Shown here: one piece after another, positions 33,301 to 48,300 of the stretch
Layout of the letters: each line of letters opens with the position of its first letter
Position numbering within the stretch: the stretch's first letter is position 1
From: Eledone cirrhosa
Taxonomy: Eukaryota
Length of the DNA: 64,000 nt
NCBI GenBank assembly: GCA_964016885.1
Contig: OZ024741.1
Coordinates: 2,542,001 to 2,606,000 of the forward strand
Reading direction: 5' to 3'
Program-made: the position numbers and the translations under genes
The notes under the pieces: generated by a model
Database searches by the model: none
Told to the model about the DNA's origin: nothing
The model's input: only the letters and a program-made list of their open reading frames with translations

Positions 33301-36300
33301 GTGTAAGGACAGTGTAGAGGTGTAAGGACAGTGTATAGGCGTAAGGACAGTGTATAGGTGTAAGGACAGTGTATAGGTGTAAGGACCGTGTATAGGTTTA
33401 AGGACAGTGTATAGGTGTAAGGAAAATGTATAGGTCTAAGGACAGTGTATAGGTTTAAGGAGAGTATATAGGTGTAAGGACAGTGTATAGGTGTAATGGA
33501 AGTGTATAGGTGTCAGGACAGTGTATAGGTGTAAAGACGTTTACAGGTTTAAGGAAAGTGTACAGGTGTAAAGACAGTGTATACATGTAAAGACAGTGTA
33601 TAGTTTAAGGACAGTGTATAGTTGTAAGGACAGTGTATATGTTTAAGGACAGTGTACAGGTGTAAAGACAGTGTATAGATGTAAGGGCAGTGTATAGTTT
33701 AAGGACAGTGTATAGGTGCAAGGACAGTGTATATGTTTAAGGACAGTGTACAGGTGTAAATACAGTGTATAGATGTAAGGACAGTGTATTTGTGTAAGGA
33801 CAGTGTATAGGTGTAAGGAGAACGTATAAGTGTAAGAACAGTGTATAGGTTTAAGGAGAGTGCATAGGTGTAATGACAGTGTATAGGTTTAAGGACAGTG
33901 TATAGGTATAAGGACAGTGTATAGGTGTAAGGGCAGTGTATAGGTGTAAGGACAGTGTAGAGGTGTAAGGACAGTGTATATATATAAGGACAGTGTATAG
34001 GTGTAAGGACAGTGTATAGGTTTAAGGAGAGTGCATAGGTGTAATGACAGTGTATAGGTTTAAGGACAGTGTATAGGTATAAGGACAGTGTATAGGTGTA
34101 AGGACAGTCTATAGGTGTAATGGCAGTGTATAGGTGTCAGAACAGTGTGTAGATGTAAGGACAGTGTATAGGTGTAAAGACAGTGTATAGGTGTGAGGAG
34201 GGTGTATAGGTGTAAGAACAGGTTACGGGTGTAAAGACAATGTACAGGTTTAAGGAAAGTGTATAGGTTGAAAGACAGTGTATAGATGTAAGGAGAGTGT
34301 ATATGTTAAGGACAGTGTATATGTGTAAGGACAGTGTATAGATGTAAGGACAGTGTAGAGGTATAAGGACAGTGTAGAGGTGTAAGGACAGTGTATAGGT
34401 GTAAGGACAGTGTAGAGGTGTAAGGACAGTGTATAGGTGTAAGGAAAGTGCATAGGTTTAAGGACAGTATATAGGTGTAAGAACAGTGTATATGTGTAAG
34501 GACAGTGTATAGGTTTAAGGAGAGTATATAGGTGTAAGGACAGCGTATAAGTGTAAGGACAGTGTATAGGTGTAAGGGCAGTGAACAGTTGTTAGTACAG
34601 TGTATATGTGTAGGGACAGTGTATAGGTTTAAGGGCAGTGTATAGGTGTAAGGACAGTGTATAGGTGTAAGGACAGTGTATAGGTGTAAAGACAATGTAT
34701 AGGTGCAAGGACAGTGTATAGGTGCAATGAGAGTGTATAGGTGTAAGGACAATGTAGAGGTGTAAGGACAGTGTATTTGTGTAAGGACAGTGTATAGGTG
34801 TAAGGACAGCGTATAAGTGTAAGGACAGTGTATAGGTTTAAGGAGAGTGCATAGGTGTAATGACAGTGTATAGGTTTAAGGACAGTGTATAGGTGTAAGG
34901 ACAGTGTATAGGTGTAAGGACAGTCTATAGGTGTAAGGTCAGTGTATAGGTTTCTGGAGAGTGTATAGGTGTAATGACAATGTATAGGTGTAAGGACAGT
35001 ATATAGGTGTAAGGACAGTGTATAGGTGTAAGGACAGTGAATAGTTGTAAGGCCAGTGTATAGGTGTAAGGACAGTGTAGAGGTGTAAGGACAGTGTAGA
35101 GGTGTAAGGACAGTGTATAGGCGTAAGGACAGTGTATAGGTGTAAGGACAGTGTATAGGTGTAATGACAGTGTATAGGTTTAAAGACAGTGTATAGGTTT
35201 AAGGACAGTGTATAGGTGTAAGGACAGTGTATATGTGTAAGGAGAGTGTATAGGTTTAAGGAGAGTATATAGGTGTAAGGACAGTGTATAGGTGTCAGGA
35301 CAGTGTATAGGTGTAAAGACAGTTTACAGGTTTAAGGAAAGTGTACAGGTGTAAAGACAGTGTATACATGTAAAGACAGTGTATAGGTTAAGGACAGTGT
35401 ATAGTTGTAAGGACAGTGTATATGTTTAAGGACAGTGTACAGGTGTAAAGACAGTGTATATATGTAAGGGCAGTGTATAGTTTAAGGACAGTGTATAGGT
35501 GCAAGGACAGTGTATATGTTTAAGGACAGTGTACAGGTGTAAAAACAGTGTATAGATGTGTAGGACAGTGTATAGGTTAAGCACAGTGTATAGCTGTAAA
35601 GACAGTGTATAGATGTAAGGACAGTGTATAGGTGTAAGGACAGTGTAGAGGTGTAAGGACAGTGTAGAGTTGTAAAGACAGTGTATAGGCGTAATGACAA
35701 TGTATAGGATTAAGGACAGTGTATAGGTGTAAGGGCAGTGTACAGGTGTAAGGACAGTGTATAGGTTTCTGGAGAGTGTATAGGTGTAATTACAGTGTAT
35801 AGGTGTAAGGACAGTGTATAGGTGTATAGGTGTATAGGTGTAAGGACAGTGTACAGTTGTATAGGTGTAAGGACAGTGTATAAGTGTAAGGACAGTGAAT
35901 AGTTGTAAGGACAGTGTATATGTGTAAGGACAGTGTATAGGTGTAAGGACAGTGTATAGGTGTAATGGCAGTGTATAGGTGTCAGGACAGTGAGTAGATG
36001 TAAGGACAGTGTATAGGTGTAGGGACAGCGTATAGGTGTAAGGACAGTGTATAGATGTAAGGACAGTGTATAGGTTATGGACAGTGTATAGGTGTAATGG
36101 CAGTGTATAGGTGTCAGGGCAGTGTGTAGATGTAAGGAGAGTGTATAGCTATAAGAACAGGGTATAGGTGTAAAGACAGTGTGCAGGTTTAAGGAAAGTA
36201 TACAGGTGTAAAGACAGTGCATAGATGTAAGGGCAGTGTATAGGTTAAGGACAGTGAATAGGTGTAGGAACAGTGTATAGATGTAAGGACAGTGTATAGT

Positions 36301-39300
36301 TGTAAGGACAGTGTATAGGTTTAAGGAGAGTGCATAGGTGTAATGACAGTGTATAGGTTTAAGGACAGTGTATAGGTGTAAGGACAGTGTATAGGTGTAA
36401 GGACAGTCTATAGGTGTAAGGACAGTGTATACGTTTCTGGAGAGTGTATAGGTGTAATGACAGTGTATAGGTGTAAGGACAGTATATAGGTGTAAGGACA
36501 GTGTATAGGTGTATAGGTGTATAGGACAGTGTATAAGTATAAGGACAGTGAATAGTTGTAAGGCCAGTGTATATGTGTAAGAACAGTGTATAGGTGTAAG
36601 GACAGTGTATAGGTGTAATGGCAGTGTATAGGTATAAGGAGAGTGTATAGATGTAGGACAGTGTATAGGTGTAAGGACAGTGTAGAGGTGTAAGGACAGT
36701 GTAGAGGTGTAAGGACAGTGTATAGGCGTAAGGACAGTGTATAGGTGTAAGGACAGTGTATAGGTGTAAGGACCGTGTATAGGTTTAAGGACAGTCTATA
36801 GGTGTAAGGAAAATGTATAGGTCTAAGGACAGTGTATAGGTTTAAGGAGAGTATATAGGTGTAAGGACAGTGTATAGGTGTAAGGGAAGTGTATAGGTGT
36901 CAGGACAGTGTATAGGTGTAAAGACGTTTACAGGTTTAAGGTAAGTGTACAGGTGTAAAGACAGTGTATACATGTAAAGACAGTGTATAGTTTAAGGACA
37001 GTGTATAGTTGTAAGGATAGTGTATATGTTTAAGGACAGTGTACAGGTGTAAAGACAGTGTATAGATGTAAGGGCAGTGTATAGTTTAAGGACAGTGTAT
37101 AGGTGCAAGGACAGTGTATATGTTTAAGGACAGTGTACAGGTGTAAATACAGTGTATAGATGTAAGGACAGTGTATTTGTGTAAGGACAGTGTATAGGTG
37201 TAAGGAGAACGTATAAGTGTAAGAACAGTGTATAGGTTTAAGGAGAGTGCATAGGTGTAATGACAGTGTATAGGTTTAAGGACAGTGTATAGGTATAAGG
37301 ACAGTGTATAGGTGTAAGGGCAGTGTATAGGTGTAAGGACAGTGTAGAGGTGTAAGGACAGTGTATATATATAAGGACAGTGTATAGGTGTAAGGACAGT
37401 GTATAGGTTTAAGGAGAGTGCATAGGTGTAATGACAGTGTATAGGTTTAAGCACAGTGTATAGGTATAAGGACAGTGTATAGGTGTAAGGACAGTCTATA
37501 GGTGTAATGGCAGTGTATAGGTGTCAGAACAGTGTGTAGATGTAAGGACAGTGTATAGGTGTAAAGACAGTGTATAGGTGTGAGGAGGGTGTATAGGTGT
37601 AAGAACAGGTTACGGGTGTAAAGACAATGTACAGGTTTAAGGAAAGTGTATAGGTTGAAAGACAGTGTATAGATGTAAGGAGAGTGTATATGTTAAGGAC
37701 AGTGTATATGTGTAAGGACAGTGTATAGATGTAAGGACAGTGTAGAGGTATAAGGACAGTGTAGAGGTGTAAGGACAGTGTATAGGTGTAAGGACAGTGT
37801 AGAGGTGTAAGGACAGTGTATAGGTGTAAGGAAAGTGCATAGGTTTAAGGACAGTATATAGGTATAAGAACAGTGTATATGTGTAAGGACAGTGTATAGG
37901 TTTAAGGAGAGTATATAGGTGTAAGGACAGCGTATAAGTGTAAGGACAGTGTATAGGTTTAAGTGCAGTGAACAGTTGTTAGTACAGTGTATATGTGTAG
38001 GGACAGTGTATAGGTTTAAGGGCAGTGTATAGGTGTAAGGACAGTGTATAGGTGTAAGGACAGTGTATAGGTGTAAAGACAATGTATAGGTGCAAGGACA
38101 GTGTATAGGTGCAATGAGAGTGTATAGGTGTAAGGACAATGTAGAGGTGTAAGGACAGTGTATTTGTGTAAGGACAGTGTATAGGTGTAAGGACAGCGTA
38201 TAAGTGTAAGGACAGTGTATAGGTTTAAGGAGAGTGCATAGGTGTAATGACAGTGTATAGGTTTAAGGACAGTGTATAGGTGTAAGGACAGTGTATAGGT
38301 GTAAGGACAGTCTATAGGTGTAAGGTCAGTGTATAGGTTTCTGGAGAGTGTATAGGTGTAATGACAATGTATAGGTGTAAGGACATATATAGGTGTAAGG
38401 ACAGTGTATAGGTGTAAGGACAGTGAATAGTTGTAAGGCCAGTGTATAGGTGTAAGGACAGTGTAGAGGTGTAAGGACAGTGTAGAGGTGTAAGGACAGT
38501 GTATAGGCGTAAGGACAGTGTATAGGTGTAAGGACAGTGTATAGGTGTAAGGACAGTGTATAGGTTTAAAGACAGTATATAGGTTTAAGGACAGTGTATA
38601 GGTGTAAGGACAGTGTATATGTGTAAGGACAGTGTATAGGTTTAAGGAGAGTATATAGGTGTAAGGACAGTGTATAGGTGTCAGGACAGTGTATAGGTGT
38701 AAAGACAGTTTACAGGTTTAAGGAAAGTGTACAGGTGTAAAGACAGTGTATACATGTAAAGACAGTGTATAGGTTAAGGACAGTGTATAGTTGTAAGAAC
38801 AGTGTATATGTTTAAGGACAGTGTACAGGTGTAAAGACAGTGTATAGATGTAAGGGCAGTGTATAGTTTAAGGACAGTGTATAGGTGCAAGGACAGTGTA
38901 TATGTTTAAGGACAGTGTACAGGTGTAAAAACAGTGTATAGATGTGTAGGACAGTGTATAGGTTAAGCACAGTGTATAGCTGTAAAGACAGTGTATAGAT
39001 GTAAGGACAGTGTATAGGTGTAAGGACAGTGTAGAGGTGTAAGGACAGTGTAGAGGTGTAAAGACAGTGTATAGGCGTAATGACAATGTATAGGATTAAG
39101 GACAGTGTATAGGTGTAAGGGCAATGTACAGGTGTAAGGACAGTGTATAGGTTTCTGGAGAGTGTATAGGTGTAATTACAGTGTATAGGTGTAAGGACAG
39201 TGTATAGGTGTAAGGACAGTGTATAGGTGTATAGGTGTATAGGTGTAAGGACAGTGTACAGTTGTATAGGTGTAAGGACAGTGTATAAGTGTAAGGACAG

Positions 39301-42300
39301 TGAATAGTTGTAAGGACAGTGTATATGTGTAAGGACAGTGTATAGGTGTAAGGACAGTGTATAGGTGTAATGGCAGTGTATAGGTGTCAGGACAGTGAGT
39401 AGATGTAAGGACAGTGTATAGGTGTAGGGACAGCGTATAGGTGTAAGGACAGTGTATAGATGTAAGGACAGTGTATAGGTTATGGACAGTGTATAGGTGT
39501 AATGGCAGTGTATAGGTGTCAGGGCAGTGTGTAGATGTAAGGAGAGTGTATAGCTATAAGAACAGGGTATAGGTGTAAAGACAGTGTGCAGGCTTAAGGA
39601 AAGTATACAGGTGTAAAGACAGTGTATAGATGTAAGGGCAGTGTATAGGTTAAGGACAGTGAATAGGTGTAGGAACAGTGTATAGATGTAAGGACAGTGT
39701 ATAGTTGTAAGGACAGTGTATAGGTTTAAGGAGAGTGCATAGGTGTAATGACAGTGTATAGGTTTAAGGACAGTGTATAGGTGTAAGGACAGTGTATAGG
39801 TGTAAGGACAGTCTATAGGTGTAAGGACAGTGTATACGTTTCTGGAGAGTGTACAGGTGTAATGACAGTGTATAGGTGTAAGGACAGTATATAGGTGTAA
39901 GGACAGTGTATAGGTGTATAGGTGTATAGGACAGTGTATAAGTATAAGGACAGTGAATAGTTGTAAGGCCAGTGTATATGTGTAAGAACAGTGTATAGGT
40001 GTAAGGACAGTGTATAGGTGTAATGGCAGTGTATAGGTATAAGGAGAGTGTATAGATTTAGTACAGTGTATAGGTGTAAGGACAGTGTAGAGGTGTAAGG
40101 ACAGTGTAGAGGTGTAAGGACAGTGTATAGGCGTAAGGACAGTGTATAGGTGTAAGGACAGTGTATAGGTGTAAGGACCGTGTATAGGTTTAAGGACAGT
40201 GTATAGGTGTAAGGAAAATGTATAGGTCTAAGGACAGTGTATAGGTTTAAGGAGAGTATATAGGTGTAAGGACAGTGTATAGGTGTAAGGGAAGTGTATA
40301 GGTGTCAGGACAGTGTATAGGTGTAAAGACGTTTACAGGTTTAAGGAAAGTGTACAGGTGTAAAGACAGTGTATAGTTTAAGGACAGTGTATAGTTGTAA
40401 GGACAGTGTATATGTTTAAGGACAGTGTACAGGTGTAAAGACAGTGTATAGATGTAAGGGCAGTGTATAGTTTAAGGACAGTGTATAGGTGCAAGGACAG
40501 TGTATATGTTTAAGGACAGTGTACAGGTGTAAATACAGTGTTTAGATGTAAGGACAGTGTATTTGTGTAAGGACAGTGTATAGGTGTAAGGAGAACGTAT
40601 AAGTGTAAGAACAGTGTATAGGTTTAAGGAGAGTGCATAGGTGTAATGACAGTGTATAGGTTTAAGGAGAGTGTATAGGTGTAAGGACAGTCTATAGATG
40701 TAAGGTCAGTGTATAGGTTTCTGGAGAGTGTATAGGTGTAATGACAGTGTATAGGTGTAAGGACAGTATATAGGTGTAAGGACAGTGTATAGGTGTATAG
40801 GTGTATAGGACAGTGTATATGTCTAAGGACAGTGAATAGTTGTAAGGCCAGTGTATATGTGTAAGGACAGTGTATAGGTGTAAGGACAGTGTATAGGTGT
40901 AATGGCACTGTATAGGTATAAGGACATTGTATAGATGTAAGGACAGTGTATAGGTGTAAGGACAGTGTAGAGGTGTAAGGACAGTGTAGAGGTGTAAGGA
41001 CAGTGTATAGGAGTAAGGACAGTGTATAGGTGTAAGGACAGTGTATAGTTGTAAGGACAGTGTATAGGTTTAAGGACAGTGTATAGGTGTAAGGAAAATG
41101 TATAGGTTTAAGGACAGTGTATAGGTGTAAGGACAGTGTATAGTTGTAAGTACAGTGTATATGTTTAAGGACAGTGTACAGGTGTAAAGACAGTGTATAG
41201 ATGTAAGGGCAGTGTATAGTTTAAGGACAGTGTATAGGTGCAAGGACAGTGTATATGTTTAAGGACAGTGTACAGGTGTAAAGACAGTGTATAGATGTAA
41301 GGACAGTGTATTTGTGTAAGGACAGTGTATAGGTGTAAGGAGAACGTATAAGTGTAAGGACAGTGTATATATTTAAGGAGAGTGCATAGGTGTAATGACA
41401 GTGTATAGGTTTAAGGACAGTGTATAGGTGTAAGGACAGTGCATAGGTGTAAGGACAGTCTATAGGTGTAAGGTCAGTGTATAGGTTTCTGGAGAGTGTA
41501 TAGGTGTAATGACAGCGTATAGGTGTAAGGACAGTATATAGGTGTAAGGACAGTGTAGAGGTGTAAGGACAGTGTATAGTTGTAAGGACAGTGTATAGGA
41601 TTAAGGACAGTGTATAGGTGTAAGGAAAGTGTATAGGTTTAAAGACAGTGTATAGGTGTAAGGACAGTGTATAGGGGTGAGGACAGTATAGAAGTGTAAG
41701 GACAGTGTAGAGGTGTAAGGACAGTGTATAGGTGTAAGGACAGTGTATAGGCGTATGGACAGTGTATAGGTGTAAGAAGAGTGTATAGGTGTAAGGACAG
41801 TATAGAGGTGTAAGGACAGTGTATAGGTGTAAAGACAGTGTACAGGTTTAAGGACAGTGTACAGGCGAAATGACAGTGTATAGATGTAAGGACAGTGTAT
41901 AGGTTAAGGACAGTGTATAGGTTTAAGGACAGTGTATAGGTGTAAGGACAGTGTATAGGTGTAAGGACAGTGTAGAGGTGTAAGGACAGTGTATAGGTGT
42001 AAGGACAGTGTATAGGTGTAAGGACAGTGTAGAGGTGTAAGGGCAGTGTATAGTCGTATGGACAGTGTATAGGTGTAAGAAGAGTGTATAGGTGTAAGGA
42101 CAGTATAGAGGTGTAAGGACAGTGTATAGGTGTAAGGACAGTGTATAGGTTTAAGGACAGTGTATAGGTATAATGACAGTGTATAAGTGTAAGGACAGTG
42201 TATATGTTGTATAGGTGTAAGGGCAGAGTATAGGTGTAAGGACAGTGAATAGATGTAAGGACAGTGTATATGTTTAAGGACAGTGTATGGGTGTAAGGAC

Positions 42301-45300
42301 AGTGTATAGGTTTAAGGAGAGTGCATAGGTGTAATGATAGTGTATAGGTTTAAGGACAGTGTATAGTTATAAGGACAGTGTATAGGTGTAAGGGCAGTGT
42401 ATAGGTGTAAGGACAGTGTAGAGGTGTAAGGACAGTGTATATGTGTAAGGACAGTGTATAGGTGTAAGGACAGTGTATAGGTTTAAGGAGAGTGCATAGG
42501 TGTAATGACAGTGTATAGGTTTAAGGACAGTGTATAGGTGTAAGGACAGTGTATAGGTGTAAGGACAGTCTATAGGTGTAAGGTCAGTGTATAGGTTTCT
42601 GGAGAGTGTATAGGTGTAATGACAGTGTATAGGTGTAGGACAGTATATAGGTGTAAGGACAGTGTATAGGTGTATAGGTGTATAGGACAGTGTATAAGTG
42701 TAAGGACAGTGAATAGTTGTAAGGCCAGTGTATATGTGTAAGGACAGTGTATAGGTGTAAGGACAGTGTATAGGTGTAATGGCACTGTATAGGTATAAGG
42801 ACAGTGTATAGATGTTAGGACAGTGTATATGTGTAAGGACAGTGTAGAGGTGTAAGGACAGTGTAGAGGTGTAAGGACAGTGTATAGGCGTAAGGACAGT
42901 GTATAGGTCTAAGGACAGTGTATAGTTGTAAGGGCAGTGTATAGGTTTAAGGACAGTGTATAGGTGTAAGGAAAATGTATAGGTTTAAGGACAGTGTATA
43001 GGTGTAAGGACAGTGTATAGGTGTAAGGACAGTGTATAGGGGTGAGGACAGTATAGAAGTGTAAGGACAGTGTAGAGATGTAAGGACAGTGTATAGGTGT
43101 AAGGACAGTGTAGAGGTGTAAGGACAGTGTATAGGCGTAATGACAGTGTATATGTGTAAGAGAAGTGTATAGGTGTAATGACGGTGTATAGGTTTAAGGA
43201 CAGTGTATAGGTGTAAGGAAAGTTTATAGGTTTAAGGACAGTGTATGGGTGTAAGGACAGTATATAGGTGTAAGGACAGTGTATAAGTTTAAGGAGAGTA
43301 TATAGGTGTAAGGACAGTGTATAGGTGTCAGGACAGTGTATAGGTGTAAAGACAGTTTACAGGTTTAAGGAAAGTGTACAGGTGTAAAGACAGTGTATAT
43401 TTGTACGGACAGTGTATAGGTTTAAGGAGAGTGTACAGGTGTAAAGACAGTGTATAGATGTAAGGACAGTGTATAGTTTAATGACAGTGTATAGGTGTAA
43501 GGACAGTGTATAGATTTAAGGGCAGTGTAGAGGTGTAAAGACAGTGTATAGGCGTAAGGCCAGTGTATAGGTGTAGGGACAGTGTATAGGTGTATGGAAA
43601 GTGTATAGTTGTAAGGACAGTGTATAGATGTGTAGGACAGTGTATAGTTTAAGCACAGTGTATAGGTGTAAAGACAGTGTATAGATGTAAGGACAGTGTA
43701 TAGCTGTAAGGACAGTGTAGGGGTGTAAGGACAGTGTAGAGGTGTAAAGACAGTGTATAGGCGTAATGACAATGTATAGGTTTAAGGACAGTGTATAGGT
43801 GTAAGGGCAGTGTACAGATGTAAGGACAGTGTATAGGTTTCTGGAGAGTGTATAGGTGTAATTACAGTGTATAGGTGTAAGGACAGTGTATAGGTGTAAG
43901 GACAGTGTATAGGTGTATAGGTGTATAGGTGTAAGGACAGTGTACAGTTGTATAGGTGTAAGGACAGTGTATAAGTGTAAGGACAGTGAATAGTTGTAAG
44001 GACAGTGTATATGTGTAAGGACAGTGTATAGGTGTAATGACAGTGTATATGTGTAATGGCAGTGTATAGGTGTCAGGACAGTGAGTCGATTTAAGGACAG
44101 TGTATAGGTGTAGGGACAGCGTATAGGTGTAAGGACAGTGTATAGGTGTAAGGAGGGTGTATAGGTGTAAAGACAGTGTATAGATGTAAGGACAGTGTAT
44201 AGGTTATGGGCAGTGTATAGGTGTAATGGCAGTGTATAGGTGTCAGGGCAGTGTGTAGATGTAAGGAGAGTGTATAGGTATAAGAACAGGGTATAGGTGT
44301 AAAGACAGTGTGCAGGTTTAAGGAAAGTTTACAGGTGTAAAGACAGTGTATAGATGTAAGGGCAGTGTATAGGTTAAGGACAGTGAATAGGTGTAGGAAC
44401 AGTGTATAGATGTAAGGACAGTGTATAGTTGTAAGGACAGTGTATAGGTTTAAGGAGAGTGCATAGGTGTAATGACAGTGTATAGGTTTAAGGACAGTGT
44501 ATAGGTGTAAGGACAGTGTATAGGTGTAAGGACAGTCTATAGGTGTAAGGTCAGTGTATACGTTTCTGGAGAGTGTATAGGTGTAATGACAGTGTATAGG
44601 TGTAAGGACAGTATATAGGTGTAAGGACAGTGTATAGGTGTATAGGTGTATAGGACAGTGTATAAGTATAAGGACAGTGAATAGTTGTAAGGCCAGTGTA
44701 TATGTGTAAGAACAGTGTATAGGTGTAAGGACAGTGTATAGGTGTAATGGTAGTGTATAGGTATAAGGAGAGTGTATAGATGTAGGACAGTGTATAGGTG
44801 TAAGGACAGTGTAGAGGTGTAAGGACAGTGTAGAGGTGTAAGGACAGTGTATAGGCGTAAGGACAGTGTATAGGTGTAAGGACAGTGTATAGGTGTAAGG
44901 ACCGTGTATAGGTTTAAGGACAGTGTATAGGTGTAAGGAAAATGTATAGGTTTAAGGACAGTGTATAGGTGTAAGGACAGTGTATAGGTCTAAGGACAGT
45001 GTATAGGTTTAAGGAGAGTATATAGGTGTAAGGACAGTGTATAGGTGTAAGGGAAGTGTATAGGTGTCAGGACAGTGTATAGGTGTAAAGACGTTTACAG
45101 GTTTAAGGAAAGTGTACAGGTGTAAAGACAGTGTATACATGTAAAGACAGTGTATAGTTTAAGGACAGTGTATAGTTGTATGGACAGTGTATATGTTTAA
45201 GGACAGTGTACAGGAGTGAAGACAGTGTATAGATGTAAGGGCAGTGTATAGTTTAAGGACAGTGTATAGGTGCAAGGACAGTGTATATGTTTAAGGACAG

Positions 45301-48300
45301 TGTACAGGTGCAAAGACAGTGTATAGATGTAAGGACAGTGTATTTGTGTAAGTGACAGTGTATAGGTGTAAGGAGAACGTATAAGTGTAAGAACAGTGTA
45401 TAGGTTTAAGGAGAGTGCATAGGTGTAATGACAGTGTATAGGTTTAAGGACAGTGTATAGGTGTAAGGACAGTCTATAGATGTAAGGTCAGTGTATAGGT
45501 TTCTGGAGAGTGTATAGGTGTAATGACAGTGTATAGGTGTAAGGACAGTATATAGGTGTAAGGACAGTGTATAGGTGTATAGGTGTATAGGACAGTGTAT
45601 ATGTGTAAGGAGAACGTATAAGTGTAAGGACAGTGTATATGTTTAAGGAGAGTGCATAGGTGTAATGACAGTGTATAGGTTTAAGGACAGTGTATAGGTG
45701 TAAGGACAGTGCATAGGTGTAAGGACAGTCTATAGGTGTAAGGTCAGTGTATAGGTTTCTGGAGAGTGTATAGGTGTAATGACAGCGTATAGGTGTAAGG
45801 ACAGTATATAGGTGTAAGGACAGTGTAGAGGTGTAAGGACAGTGTAGAGGTGTAAGGACAGTGTATAGGCGTAAGGACAGTGTATAGGTGTAAGGACAGT
45901 GTATAGTTGTAAGGTCAGTGTATAGGATTAAGGACAGTGTATAGGTGTAAGGAAAATGTATAGGTTTAAAGACAGTGTATAGGTGTAAGGACAGTGTCTA
46001 GCTGTAAGGACAGTGTATAGGGGTGAGGACAGTATAGAAGTGTAAGGACAGTGTAGAGGTGTAAGGACAGTGTATAGGTGTAAGGACAGTGTAGAGGTGT
46101 AAGGACAGTGTATAGGCGTATGGACAGTGTATAGGTGTAAGAAGAGTGTATAGGTGTAAGGACGGTATAGAGGTGTAAGGACAGTGTATAGGTGTAAAGA
46201 CAGTGTACAGGTTTAAGGACAGTGTACAGGCGAAATGAGAGTGTATAGATGTAAGGACAGTGTATAGGTTAAAAACAGTGTATAGGTTTAAGGACAGTGT
46301 ATAGGTGTAAGGACAGTGTATAGGTGTAAGGACAGTGTAGAGGTGTAAGGACAGTGTATAGGTGTAACGACAGTGTATAGGTGTAAGGACAGTGTAGAGG
46401 TGTAAGGGCAGTGTATAGGCGTATGGACAGTGTATAGGTGTAAGAAGAGTGTATAGGTGTAAGGACAGTATAGAGGTTTAAGGACAGTGTATAGGTATAA
46501 TGACAGTGTATAAGTGTAAGGACAGTGTATATGTTGTATAGGTGTAAGGGCAGAGTATAGGTGTAAGGACGGTGAATAGAGGTAAGGACAGTGTATATGT
46601 TTAAGGACAGTGTATAGGTGTAAGGACAGTGTATAGGTTTAAGGAGAGTGCATAGGTGTAATGACAGTGTATAGGTTTAAGGACAGTGTATAGTTATAAC
46701 GACAGTGTATAGGTGTAAGGGCAGTGTATAGGTGTAAGGACAGTGTAGAGGTGTAAGGACAGTGTATATGTGTAAGGACAGTGTATAGGTGTAAGGACAG
46801 TGTATAGGTTTAAGGAGAGTGCATAGGTGTAATGACAGTGTATAGGTTTAAGGACAGTGTATAGGTGTAAGGACAGTGTATAGGTGTAAGGACAGTCTAT
46901 AGGTGTAAGGTCAGTGTATAGGTTTCTGGAGTGTGTATAGGTGTAATGACAGTGTATAGGTGTAAGGACAGTATATAGGTGTAAGGACAGTGTATAGGTG
47001 TATAGGTGTATAGGACAGTGTATAAGTGTAAGGACAGTGAATAGTTGTAAGGCCAGTGTATATGTGTAAGGACAGTGTATAGGTGTAAGGACAGTGTATA
47101 GGTATAATGGCACTGTATAGGTATAAGGACAGTGTATAGATGTAAGGACAGTGTATATGTGTAAGGACAGTGTAGAGGTGTAAGGCCAGTGTAGAGGTGT
47201 AAGGACAGTGTATAGGCGTAAGGACAGTGTATAGGTGTAAGGACAGTGTATAGTTGTAAGGACAGTGTATAGGTTTAAGGACAGTGTATAGGTGTAAGGA
47301 AAATGTATAGGTTTAAGGACAATGTATAGGTGTAAGGACAGTGTATAGGTGTAAGGACAGTGTATAGGGGTGAGGACAGTATAGAAGTGTAAGGACAGTG
47401 TAGAGGTGTAAGGATAGTGTATAGGTGTAAGGACAGTGTAGAGGTGTAAGGACAGTGTATATGTGTAAGAGAAGTGTATAGGTGTAATGACGGTGTATAG
47501 GCTTAAGGACAGTGTATAGGTGTAAGGGAAGTGTATAGGTGTCAGGACAGTGTATAGGTGTAAAGACAGTTTACAGGTTTAAGGAAAGTGTACAGGTGTA
47601 AAGACAGTGTATATTTGTACGGACAGTGTATAGGTTTAAGGACAGTGTACAGGTGTAAAGACAGTGTATAGATGTAAGGACAGTGTATAGTTTAAGGACA
47701 GTGTATAGGTGTAAGGACAGTGTATAGATTTAAGGGCAGTGTAGAGGTGTAAAGACAGTGTATAGGCGTAAGGCCAGTGTATATGTGTAGGGACAGTGTA
47801 TAGGTGTAAGGAAAGTGTATAGGTGTAAGGACAGTGTATAGATTTAAGGAGTGTGTATAGATGTAATGACAATGTATATGGTGTATAGGTTTAAGGACAG
47901 TGTATATGTGTAACGACAGTGTATAGGTGTAAGGACAGTGTATAGTTGTAAGGGCAGTGTAGAGGTGTAAGGACAGTGTATAGGTGTAAGGACAGTGTAT
48001 AGGTGTAAGGACAGTGTATAGGTTTAAGTAGAGTGCATAGCTGTAATGACAGTGTATAGGTTTAAGGACAGTGTATAGGTGTAAGGACAGTGTATAGGTG
48101 TAAGGTCAGTGTATATATGTAAGGACAGTGTATAGGTTTAAGGACAGTGCATAGCTGTAATGACAGTGTATAGGTTTAAGGACAGTGTATAGGTGTAAGG
48201 ACAGTGTATAGGTGTAAGGTCAGTGTATAGATGTAAGGACAGTGTATAGGTTTAAGGAGAGTGTATAGGTGTAATGACAGTGTATATGTGTAAGGACAGT

